Assembly: GCA_964019335.1 (NCBI GenBank) | Contig: OZ025689.1 | Location: 310,001-374,000, forward strand | From: Diplonema japonicum | Taxonomy: Eukaryota; Protista; Euglenozoa: Diplonemea | DNA length: 64,000 nucleotides | Direction of reading: 5' to 3' | In this document: positions 31,301 through 41,494 of the stretch, piece by piece | How positions within the stretch are numbered: the stretch's first letter is position 1 | How the letters are laid out: each line of letters begins with the position of its first letter | Translations under genes and position numbers: made by a program | The notes under the pieces: generated by a model | Told to the model about the DNA's origin: nothing | Database searches by the model: none | Seen by the model: the letters and a program-made list of their open reading frames with translations, nothing else

Positions 31301-34300
31301 CGGCTACACGGTCTACAACAACCGTGACGAGCCGACGCGGGACTCACCGCCACGCGTTCTGGACCTGGTGGTGGGACGTTGTGCGGAACTGGAGCCGAGG
31401 ACGTTGGGGACGTGGGGCTCTGATCACAGCCCGGTTTCCTTCCGCTTGCCGCTTGAGGACGCCTACTGCTCGGAGCGCCCCTGCCCTACCTGGAACTTCA
31501 AAAAGGCCAGGTGGGACGACTTCTCCGCGTCCGCTGCCGCCCTTCTGACCAAGATCGACACGAAGGGTCACATTGACTCCTTCACGAAGGAGGTAACAGA
31601 GGCTCTTCTGCATGCAGCGGACGACCACATTCCGCTTTGCGGAGTGCGACGAGGCCCGACCCCCTGGTGGACGGCCGAACTCGAAGACGCATTCGAAGAA
31701 CGGAACGCCCTACGGGATCGCTTCCTCAAGTCGGCTGAGAGGATGACAGCGTAGCGGCGGTGTATAAGGCGAAGGTCAAAGAGGTGAATCAACTCTTGAC
31801 CGAGTCGAAGCGCGCGGCCTGGGGTGAGATGGCGGCTGACCTCAGTCGGAGCAAGGACCTCGGGTCTGCGTTTAGGGCGGTAAAGAAGCTGGACGGCAGA
31901 CACCGCAGACCGTACCTTCCCATTCTCGAGGGGAGGTTCGTGACGGACAAGGCGAAAGCCGACCGCCTGGGGGCTCACTTCGGCAAGCTCTACGGCCAGG
32001 GTGGTGATGGGGACGCGGCGGACGTAGCTCCTTCGACGAACGTGCTTGGGTGCCACGCCTTTACGGTGTATGATCTCACCCGCGGTCTGGGAAGGATGAA
32101 GACACGCAGTGCAGCGGGTGATGATGGCATCTTCGCGGAGATGCTTCTCCACCTCGACCAACCCTCGCTCGGGGTTCTACTTCTGCTCCTCAATCGCTCA
32201 TGGCAGGCGGGGATTGTGCCGGGTGCCTGGAAGAAGGGGGTGATTGTTCCAGTGGCGAAGGCAGGGAAGGACGCCACGTTGCTTGCATCGTACCGTCCCA
32301 TATGTCTCACTAGCTGTCTTTGTAAGCTGCTTGAGAGGATGATAGAGGAGAGGCTTACCTTTCTCCTAGACTCTAGCGCGTCGGGCGTTGAGGGTCTCCA
32401 CGATAGCCAGGCTGGCTTCAGGAGGGGCCGCTCCACGGAGGAGCAGGTGGCGTCCCTGACCGGGTGTCTGTCGAGGAACAAAGACAGTCGGCGTCTGTCG
32501 GCTGCCCTGCTGTTTGACTTCTCATCTGCGTTTGACCTGGTTCAGCACGAAGCTCTCCTGGGCATGATGCGGAGGAAGGGGATCCCTGGGCCCTTCGTCG
32601 AATGGACGCGCTCCTTCCTCTGCGGTCGTACGGCGGCGGTCATGGTGGGTCGTTCGCGCGGGTCGACGACGAAGGTGAGGAGAGGGGTGCCCCAAGGGTC
32701 TGTGCTGGGACCCGTCCTTTACACCATCTACGTCGACGAGCTAGCCAGGTTGCTGGTTGGGATGGCGGACCTGTCGGTTCTTTATGCCGACGATGTTGCG
32801 GTGGTGGTCTCAGCCGGGCAGGGCGACCTGGCTGGTCTTGAGCGAGGGGCCCAGGCTGTGATGGACGCGGTTGAGGGCTGGTGTGGGAGACGGGGCATGC
32901 TGAGCTCCAGCAAGTCGCAGGCAGTGTGCGTTCCCTATCAAAAGCGGCTTAAAGTCTACTTCTCTTCGTCGCGTGTCCCGCTTTGCCCGGGGGCCTTCCA
33001 GGACCCTGTCCTTAACCTTGGGGTTGGGGCCTGTGGGACCTTGTCTGGCGTCCGTGAGCTGTCTGGCTTTCGGGTCGTGGAGGCGGGTGGCAAACGGTCC
33101 TTCGACATTCCCGCTGCCATCCGGAGGTCCGACATTGGTTACATGGCGGCTCGCCCCCTACCTCTGTGTGGGTCGGCGAAGTATCTTGGGGTCACTGTAG
33201 ACTCTGGGCTCACGTTTGACGAGCATGCGGGGGATGTCCTGAAGCGCGCTGACAAGAGGCTGAGGGTTCTAAGGCTCCTGTCGGGCACGACCTGGGGGTG
33301 CAAGAAGGCCACGCTCCGATCTCTGTACCTCACGTACGTTCTCCCGCTACTCCGGTACTGCATGGGTGTTTACTTTGCCAGGCTCAGGGACAGCAGGGTG
33401 GAGGAGCTTGTCGGGCTCCACCAGAGAGCGGCGGTGCTGATCTCGGGTTGTTGGCACGGCTCGGGCACGGCGAAGGTTGTTGCTGAGGCAGGACTGCTAC
33501 CCCTCCGACAGATGGCTGAGGGAGCTGCGGCGGTGTTGACGGCGAAGTCGTTCTGCTGGAGGACCTCCCCGGTTCACCGCGAGGTCCTTGAGCAGAAGCG
33601 GATGACCGGTATGGGCAATGGGTGGCTGCGTGCGGGTATCCTTGCGCTACGGCGCTGCGGACTGCAGGGATGGACGACGCAGGAAGGCTTCAGGAAGTAC
33701 GACACCTTCGAGCTACTCACTGCCTCGCCCAAAGTAGCACCGTGGCATGCGATCCTGGTGGAGTTCAGAACTGCCCTTCCCGGCAGGGTCACGCGTTCGT
33801 CGCCGGACGTGGATAAGCGGAAGGCGGCCGTGGAGGCTCTGGCTGCCCTTCCACCGGGTATCCATGCCTATACGGATGGTTCTGTCGTACGGGACCGCCA
33901 GAAGTGGAGGGGCGGTGCCGGGGTCTTCTTGCAGCTCCCCCGCCCCCACGAACCCGTGTCCGAGAGCTTCGGCGTCAGCAATTTCTGCTCTTCCTTTCGG
34001 GCGGAGGGTCTGGCTGTCAAGGTGGCTCTGGACATGGTGGCTGCGCTCCGGAGCGAGCACCCCACGTTGGCAGACAGCCGGCTGTCGATCTGTACCGACT
34101 CGCTCTCTCTCCTTGATCAGCTGAGGGCAGGTCCTTCGCGGCAGAGGGAGAGGCTCGACCACGAGACCTGGGAACTGCTGGTGGCCGCGGCACGTGCACA
34201 AGGTGCACCAGTCATTCTCCAGTTTGTGCCGTCCCACTGCGGGGTTCCTGGCAACGAGGCGGCAGACAGGCTGGCCGGGGAGGGCACGAAGCGCGAGCTG

Positions 34301-34705
34301 ACTCGCCCCTCTCTCGACTACAGGTCGGTCAGGGCCCTGGTCCGTCGCCAGATTCAGCAGAGGTCTGCGGTCATTGTCGGGGAGGTGGCCCCGAGATACG
34401 CGAGGGCCACGGGGCTCCGAGCGGCGTGCTTCCCCCAGTCCCTCCCCAGGCTAGCGGAGACGGTCATCTCGCGGCTGAGGGTAGGGCACTCCGCTCTCTT
34501 CTTCGGCTTCCTGCAGGCGGCTGGACCGAACAGGAAGAAGGCTGAGCTCAGCTGCCCAGCGTGTGGAGCAAAGATGTCCAGGGAGCACGTTGTTGGGGGG
34601 TGCGCTGTGGTTGGACGGGGTTCGCTCGACGCTCCCAATGGACGCCCCTCGCTGGTGGAGTGCCTGTCAAAACGCGTGACGCAGGTATTCACCCTTATCG
34701 CCGAC
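28312..34705 (+). mobile_element. E3: near-identical copy of E1 (family A), frameshifted and lacking the family-A 3' end
   Basis: Preceded by TSD agatctggca (28302-28311) and an A/G-rich leader; ATG at 28343. ORF1 and ORF2 are nearly identical to E1 with small deletions. Homology stops at ...FTLIAD (34705). Confidence 0.92.
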
Positions 34706-36067
34706 AAACGGGGGAGGCCTCCGGGCCTCTTTTTAAAAAAAGGGGGTCCGATTACACACACACATGAACATGTAGACGAACGCGGTGTGTGTGGTGGCTG
34801 CCCACCTCCACGGTGGTGGTCCCTGGGCAACGCGCAGGTGGTGAAGGTTGCGCGGCTGAGAGGCAGCTCGAGAGGAGCAGGGGAACGGTGTTGCGTTGGG
34901 CGGCCGAGGGCCGGAGCCGGAGCGCCGTGTTGGATGGCATCCCCTGGGGAAGCCTCCTGCACGCCAGAACGAGGACCGGATCCGGAGACGCCGTTTGATG
35001 GTTTTCCTGGGGAAGCTGACCTGAACGCCCGAGCGAAGTGGCCTGAGCGTGGGGAGCACTGTTTGCCGACAGAAAACAAGATTAATGCAAAATGTCCAGA
35101 GTGCGCAACAGTGTTTTCCACGTGAGGGGTTCGGTTTCAAAGTGGGTCCTCCAGCCACCAGAGTTGTAGGCTGGGTACCCGCGGAGAGAGAAGCGGAGCG
35201 GAGGCGTCAAGTACGGTGGACCACCTCAAGGGATGTAAGTCCATTGTGTGACACAGTCTCTCGGTGAAGGTCCGACTTCTGGTGGGTAGGCAGGCAGAAC
35301 CGCATAGGGGTGTAAGGAACACCATTGTGTGACCTGTCGCACACGGGGAAAGCCCAAGGCCGGTGGGTTATCTGCCAATGTGTCCCCCTCCTCTACTTCG
35401 CCTCTCACAACCTCTTCCTCCCCGCTGACGATTGACTCCACAGCACTCGCCGGCCTACCTGGTGCGCCCGCGTCATTACGCGATAGGGAGTCTCGTTGGA
35501 AAAACATCTTTCGCAGCTGAGAAGGGGGGTTTTTTTTTAGAAATAGTAACCAGTAATTCTTTTTTCCCCCTCCCCCATTGGTTTCCCTTTCTTTTTATTT
35601 TCCCTACCAGGCTCCTTTTCTAGTTATGCATTCCTCCCTTCTTTGTGGAAGTTGAGTTCTGAACTTGACTTTTCCTTTTACATTTCCTTTTCAAATTTAT
35701 ATTTTAGGCTCCCACAGCCCAACAAAACCAGCAGATGGTGGGGTCCCTGTGGCTAGATAAATCAAAATTAGGGATCTCATCGCCGTCCTTTAATATTTGG
35801 GGTTGTCTTTATTTGGTGACAGCCGAAGCCTTCGAGGCCCAAGAGCTGCGTGGCGGGGGAATGGGGAAAAAATAAGAAAGGTGGATGTCGGGGGCCCCAG
35901 GAAAATATACAAGAGGTCGAGCAAACGAGCAAGAGGTCCCCCCCGATATGGCTCAGTAAGAGAGACTGTTATTAACCTTCCCTTCCCAATTTTTATGGTT
36001 TCAACTTTCTCCGCCCCCCATCCCCCCCGCCTGGTAGTGGAATAATAATTATTAATTATTATTAAAA
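34706..36067 (+). mobile_element. E4: degenerate 3' portion of a different non-LTR family with a (TTA)n-A tail
   Basis: 3' UTR resembles E6 (ggctccc..agcccaacaa; atggctcagtaa.agagactg; cgcctggtagtggaata). Decayed CxxC fragments (KCPECATVF). Followed by TSD agatctggca at 36068-36077. Confidence 0.7.
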
Positions 36068-36077
36068 AGATCTGGCA

Positions 36078-38545
36078 AGGCTCCGGGCCCAGACGGCATC
36101 TACAACGAAATGCTGAAGTACCTGGGACCGGTGGCCAGGGAAGTTCAACTCCTCCTCTACAACTCATCCCTCCAGACCGGTGTCGTCCCTGCCGAATGGA
36201 GGCGGTCTTCCATCATCCCCCTCATGAAAAAGGGCAAAGACCAATCCGAACCCGCCTCGTACAGGCCGATCGCGCTGACGTCAAACATCGTGAAGACGTT
36301 GGAGCGAATAGTCAAGGACAGGATGTGCTTCCTGCAGGACACAGGACGGGTAAGGCAATTGCACACATCGCAGGCGGGTTTCCGGAAAGGGAGGTCCACG
36401 GAGGAAAACGTGCTGTACGCCGCCTCAAAGCTCAAAAGTGTCAGACTGAGCCAAGGTCTGGGGGGTCTCCTGCTGTTCGACTTCAAAGGAGCCTTCGACA
36501 CAGTCTGGCACAAGGGAGTGATCGCAAAGCTGATAGGCGACGGATACCCTCCCAAGCTCGTGAAATGGATCACCTCTTTCCTCGACCAACGTAAAGCCTC
36601 CGTCTGTGTGAACGGGGAACACGGCTGCGTGAAGACAATGACAGGGGGCGTACCCCAAGGCACCATCCTGGCCCCGCAGCTCTTTTCCATCTACGTCAAC
36701 GACCTGGCCAGGTTGTACAGGAAGGCTGGAATCGACGCGGTAGTGTACGCAGACGACATAGCGATAGTGCTGGAGGCGGGGAGTCCTGCCGAGCTGAACA
36801 AGAAGGTGCAACGCGCGGTGAGCCTCACGGAGCGATGGTGCGAGACGTTCTCGATGAAACTGTCCCAGGAAAAGACAGAGTTCATGCCGGTAGAGGGACA
36901 GTTCTGGAACTCGCACGACAGTCTCGCAAACCTCATCAACGCCCGCTTCCCCTCGAGTGGGGCGAAAGTCAAGGTGGTACGCGAGGCTAAATATCTTGGC
37001 GTCACCTTCGACGAAAGCATGAACTTCCACGAGCATGTGCAGAAGGTGAAGGGAAAGATCAACAGCCGTCTTCGCCTGCTGCGCAAACTCGCCGGAACAA
37101 GGTGGGGCTGCCGCAAGCACACCCTAAGGACGCTGTACCTGACGTACGTCCAACCGGTGCTGCGCTACTGTCTCGGTGCTTACGGCAACTTCGTGGGACA
37201 TGCTGCTCTGGCCGAGTTCGACTCGCTACAATACACAGCAGCGAGGTTGATAACGGGATGCTTCGACAAGACTTCCGCGACGGTGACCAGGTCAGAGGCG
37301 GGCATCTGGGAGATTGAATCCTTGCTGGAACACGACACCCTGGTGCTCTACGAGAAGGCACAGCGTCAACCGGGGACAACAGCGGAGAAGGCAACAAAGA
37401 TATCCGGGGGTCAGATGTGGTACGGGAAAAGCTGGCGAAACACCGCGCTCGACTTGGCGAAGAGTCACGGGATGCCGGAACGCGAAGACCTACCACACCA
37501 CTCAGTCACTCAGAGCGCAGACCTGCAGCTCCCTCCATGGGTCCAACCCAAAGTCCTGTTCCACCCCGACCTAGTCCGCAAGGTACACAAGAAGGACGAA
37601 AAAAGTCTCAAACTCCGAGCGGCCTTCGAATCGATCAGGAGGCACGGCATCCCAGATGTGATCGTCTACACCGACGGGTCAGTCACCGGACACAGGAACG
37701 GCGGTTCGGCAGCTGTGATAAGGATCGGGTCTGACACACCGAAGCAGGCACGCAAGAGCGGAGGAGCAGTGACTTCGGCCTACCGATGCGAACTGAAAGC
37801 GCTGAACCTGGGGCTGCAATTGACACTGTACCATACCCGGAGACAAGGTGTGACGACCGGAGTAGTGCTGCTGTGCTCGGACTCCCAGTCGGTGATCAGA
37901 AGACTGATGCAGGGCCACAGAGAGATGAGGCAGAAGGAGGAACTGCTGGCTTGGAAATGGCTGGACGCGCTTGACCGCCAAGGCCTCTCCACCATCATCC
38001 AGTACGTTCCCGGACACTGCGGCCTACCAGGTAACGAGCAAGCCGACCGACACGCCAAACGCGCCGCAAAGGAGTCGACACCGGACGGACCGACGGACCT
38101 GATGACCACAAAGAGCCTCATCAAGAGGTCGGTGAACCGCGACTGGGCAGCCTCGTGGGAGAAGACGGGTCGGGACAAGAAGTACCGAGAGGAGATCGGC
38201 GCGAGGTACCTCCCCTTGAAGGAACTGTCCTGCAGACACGATGAGGTACAGATAACGAGACTGCGAACGGGCAGGAGCCACCTGACTTGCGGTTTCCTGT
38301 CGAAACCCGTCCAGAATGACATACGTTGCCTCTCGTGCCATTCGATCCAGGACAGACACCATCTGCTGATCGGGTGCCCAGCTGGAGACAAGGTCCGCGA
38401 AGAGATCTTCGGGGATGACATCCCCACGACCACGAAGGAGATGCTCACAATGAGGGTGAGTGAAACCGCCTCCTACCTGAAGAGGATGGACCTCATCTGA
38501 GACTCTCACGACCGCCGAGCCGCTGACCGCAATCGCAGGACGTAG

Positions 38546-38580
<35 letters not shown>

Positions 38581-39113
38581 AACAGAAAAAAGTGAGCCAA
38601 AAAGTACTAGTGAACCCTCTCCCCCTCCCCCTGTGTTTCCCATTATTACCCTGTCGTGCACCCCAACTTCTGTCTTCACCTTTCCCCGCCCCTACACACA
38701 TCCCCCCGTATCATTTCCCTTTGTTTTGAATTTTCTAAGGCTCCGCTGCCCAACAAAGCTGGCTGAAGGGGATGCCTCCGTGCCAGTGTGCCGCTCGTGA
38801 GGGCGAGCACGGACGAGGTACCCCACTCCTCAAAAACCCGGAGGTTCGCCCGAAGGGTGCTGGCTTGGGAAGCGGGCTGGAGAGCTGCCGGGGTCACGGA
38901 GGTGGGCGAAGTCGCGAACACTGGAGCCCACGAACCGGCCCCACCTCCGTCCTCGGTACGTATGGATAGTTTAGCGGAAGTTTCAAGGTTATCACATTCC
39001 TTTCCCCCTTTCGTTAGATACAGGGAGACCCTTGGTCCACCTGTTCTGTCCCCCCCCCCAGCCTTTGCTTCGCACGTCAGTGGTTCATTTATTATTATTA
39101 TTATTATTTAAAA
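36078..39113 (+). mobile_element. E5: 5'-truncated non-LTR retrotransposon (RT-RNase H), (TTA)n tail
   Basis: Begins inside the KAPGPDG motif. The tail ttattattattatttaaa is followed by TSD agatctg (39114-39120). Confidence 0.9.
36110..38500 (+). CDS. E5 RT + RNase H ORF (N-terminally truncated)
   Basis: YRPIALTS, QAGFR, DFKGAFD, GVPQGTILAP, YADD, KYLGV, YTDGS, VPGHCGLPGNEQAD, CLSC...H. Confidence 0.92.
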   Translation: MLKYLGPVAREVQLLLYNSSLQTGVVPAEWRRSSIIPLMKKGKDQSEPASYRPIALTSNIVKTLERIVKDRMCFLQDTGRVRQLHTSQAGFRKGRSTEENVLYAASKLKSVRLSQGLGGLLLFDFKGAFDTVWHKGVIAKLIGDGYPPKLVKWITSFLDQRKASVCVNGEHGCVKTMTGGVPQGTILAPQLFSIYVNDLARLYRKAGIDAVVYADDIAIVLEAGSPAELNKKVQRAVSLTERWCETFSMKLSQEKTEFMPVEGQFWNSHDSLANLINARFPSSGAKVKVVREAKYLGVTFDESMNFHEHVQKVKGKINSRLRLLRKLAGTRWGCRKHTLRTLYLTYVQPVLRYCLGAYGNFVGHAALAEFDSLQYTAARLITGCFDKTSATVTRSEAGIWEIESLLEHDTLVLYEKAQRQPGTTAEKATKISGGQMWYGKSWRNTALDLAKSHGMPEREDLPHHSVTQSADLQLPPWVQPKVLFHPDLVRKVHKKDEKSLKLRAAFESIRRHGIPDVIVYTDGSVTGHRNGGSAAVIRIGSDTPKQARKSGGAVTSAYRCELKALNLGLQLTLYHTRRQGVTTGVVLLCSDSQSVIRRLMQGHREMRQKEELLAWKWLDALDRQGLSTIIQYVPGHCGLPGNEQADRHAKRAAKESTPDGPTDLMTTKSLIKRSVNRDWAASWEKTGRDKKYREEIGARYLPLKELSCRHDEVQITRLRTGRSHLTCGFLSKPVQNDIRCLSCHSIQDRHHLLIGCPAGDKVREEIFGDDIPTTTKEMLTMRVSETASYLKRMDLI

Positions 39114-39120
39114 AGATCTG

Positions 39121-41122
39121 CCTTTCAAGCTACACAACCCCTGAAGGATCTGACCAGATACGAGGTACTGTTCCCGAAGAAAACATGGTCAGATCGACAA
39201 AGGGAAGCAGCCAGGGCCTACAAGCTCCCAGAGAGAGCGGCAACACCATTCTCAGGTTATGCCTTTGAGAAGAAGTACAGAGTTACACCTTGGCAGAGAT
39301 TCGAGGGTAAACTGATACTGGCCCCCTTCCTCGACATACATGTGAAGAGATCGGACACCAGTGAAGTCAGAAGGAAAGCAACAGAGGACACTCTGAACGG
39401 GCTTATCGAGAAGCACGGAAAAGCCTTCTGCATGATCTTCACAGACGGGTCATTGAAGGACGGCAGGAACGGAGGAGCTGCTGCGATACTGTTGCGAGGG
39501 GAGAGAAAAGCTTCGTATGGGGTCAGCGGTGGATCCTATACGTCATCCTACAGGTGCGAGCAAAGGGCCATAGAGCTGGGGCTGCACCTCGCGACAAACC
39601 TCTCGAAGAGAGTGGGCACGAGCCAAGAGATGGTCCTTATTTGCACTGATTCGCAGTCGGTAATAAGGAGGATGTGCCAGGGGCACCTGTCCGCTGTCTC
39701 TGCAGACGAGTACAAACTGTGGCACGAGGTAGCGGGACTTGTAAAGAGAGGCCACAAAGTGGTCATACAGTACGTACCAAGTCACTGCGGATTCAAATGG
39801 AACGAGATGGCGGACAAGAAGGCGAAGGAGACCTGCCGGGCAGTTGCCCACGAACAGAAGACCAGCATAGACATCGTGAAGTCACTGGTGAGAAAAAAGG
39901 TACTGGCGAACCACCTCCTCTTCTGGAAAAAAACGGGTGTCAAGGAGACATACCGAGAGCTTTTCGCAGGGAATTTCGAGAAGTTTGAAGAGTTAAACAG
40001 GGAACAAGAAGTTGCGATCATGAGGCTGAGAGTGGGGAAGAGCCCCCTCATAAGCGGGTATCTACTCAATCCCCCGGCCGATGTGGTCACATGCCACCTT
40101 TGTTCGATGCCTCAGACGCTGAGCCACCTCCTGAAAGAATGCCAGGACGATGGTAGAGCTGACCAGAGAAGTCAGATCTTCGGTTCCTCCCTTCCTTCGC
40201 TCAAGGCCCTACTGTCAACTGACGCCGGGAAAACCGTACAATTCCTGGAACAGCAGGGCCTGTTGTGACCGACCGTGAGATATAATCCCCTTTATAAATT
40301 ATATTATAAACTAAACTTTACTTAAATACTTTTCTCTCAAATTATCCTGAGTTTGAAGCTGTACTGTTGTTATACGACTTCAGACAGCAATTGTTTCTAA
40401 CTCAATCTCTCGACTCTGGCTTCACTCCTATCCTTTCTTTTCACCTCCCTCCCCAGTGTCTTCCCTTATTTTCCATTACCAGGCCCCTGACCCCCGCCCC
40501 CAGTGTTATTCAAAATTTTCACTCACCTTTCATATAGAAAGAAAAAAGAAAAAAAAAAAGAAAAAAAGAAGGACAGATGATTCAAGCTTCGGTGTACACG
40601 ATCGAGCTTGATTTGAATTCCTTTATTTTTGAGAAAAAAAAAAAAAAAGAAAAAAAAAAAAAAAAGAAGAATATATATAAAAAAAAAAAAAAAGAACTGT
40701 AGAACGAAACTTAATTGAATTGAATTTATTGGCTCCCGAAAGCCCAACAAGTCCAGCAGACGGTGGAGTTTCACAGTCAGCTGGTTAGTTTTTCACAATT
40801 GAAACTCCTCCAAAGTTCTTAAAGTCTGGGAGGTCGTCTCTTGTTACTAGAGGCGGCTAATGCCTCGAGACCCAGGTGCTGCCTGGTGGGTGGGATCGGT
40901 TTTATTTTATTATGAAAAGAGCGTGGTGAGGGGGTCCAAGTAATTTACAACAGGGAGCAGCGGACCAGGACCCCTCGACCAATGGCTCAGTAACAGAGAC
41001 TGCTTTTCACGAATCACTTTCAAACACCTCTCTTGGTTTGAAGTGATGTCCCATTCCCTTTGGTTTTCTCTACTCCCCTTCGATCCTCCCGCCTGGTAGT
41101 GGAATATTTATTATTATTAAAA
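39121..41122 (+). mobile_element. E6: heavily 5'-truncated non-LTR retrotransposon (RNase H + 3' UTR), (TTA)n tail
   Basis: RNase H ORF; the tail ttattattaaaa abuts the intact target agatctggcatc-tRNA-Asp. Confidence 0.88.
39342..40268 (+). CDS. E6 RNase H and C-terminal Cys/His region (fragment)
   Basis: IFTDGS, SYRCE, ICTDSQS, YVPSHCGFKWNEMAD, RLRVG, CHLC...H. Confidence 0.85.
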   Translation: MKRSDTSEVRRKATEDTLNGLIEKHGKAFCMIFTDGSLKDGRNGGAAAILLRGERKASYGVSGGSYTSSYRCEQRAIELGLHLATNLSKRVGTSQEMVLICTDSQSVIRRMCQGHLSAVSADEYKLWHEVAGLVKRGHKVVIQYVPSHCGFKWNEMADKKAKETCRAVAHEQKTSIDIVKSLVRKKVLANHLLFWKKTGVKETYRELFAGNFEKFEELNREQEVAIMRLRVGKSPLISGYLLNPPADVVTCHLCSMPQTLSHLLKECQDDGRADQRSQIFGSSLPSLKALLSTDAGKTVQFLEQQGLL

Positions 41123-41134
41123 AGATCTGGCATC

Positions 41135-41206
41135 TCCTCGGTAGTATAGAGGTCAGTATATCCGCCTGTCACGCGGATGACCCGGGTTCAATTCCCGGCC
41201 GGGGAA
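41135..41206 (+). tRNA. tRNA-Asp(GUC), the targeted copy
   Basis: TCCTCGGTAGTATAGAGGTCAGTATATCCGCCTGTCACGCGGATGACCCGGGTTCAATTCCCGGCCGGGGAA folds as a cloverleaf; a T-run lies downstream. Confidence 0.92.
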
Positions 41207-41261
41207 TTCTTTTTGCCAAGTAGATACAAAATACGCCCGGGTTTATTAAGTCAAAAAAGAA

Positions 41262-41333
41262 TTCCCCGGCCGGGAATTGAACCCGGGTCATCCGCGTGAC
41301 AGGCGGATATACTGACCTCTATACTACCGAGGA
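41262..41333 (-). tRNA. tRNA-Asp(GUC), identical inverted copy with an unoccupied upstream flank
   Basis: Exact reverse complement of 41135-41206, with its own T-run terminator. Confidence 0.92.
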
Positions 41334-41494
41334 GATGCCAGATCTGGGCAATGATAATCTAGAAATGTCGGGGTGGTGGAGATACGCCATGCAGACACAA
41401 GGTACCGAAAATGCAAAAATTACCATACTTGGTGGAAAAAAGTTATTTGTTTACTGTGAATGGTGTTTTTCTCAAAAAAAAAAATGGATTTTTC

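Noticed and set aside
38546-38578. Poly(A) run as the true 3' end of E5
   Set aside because: No target duplication follows it, whereas the (TTA)n tail at about 39113 is followed by AGATCTG.
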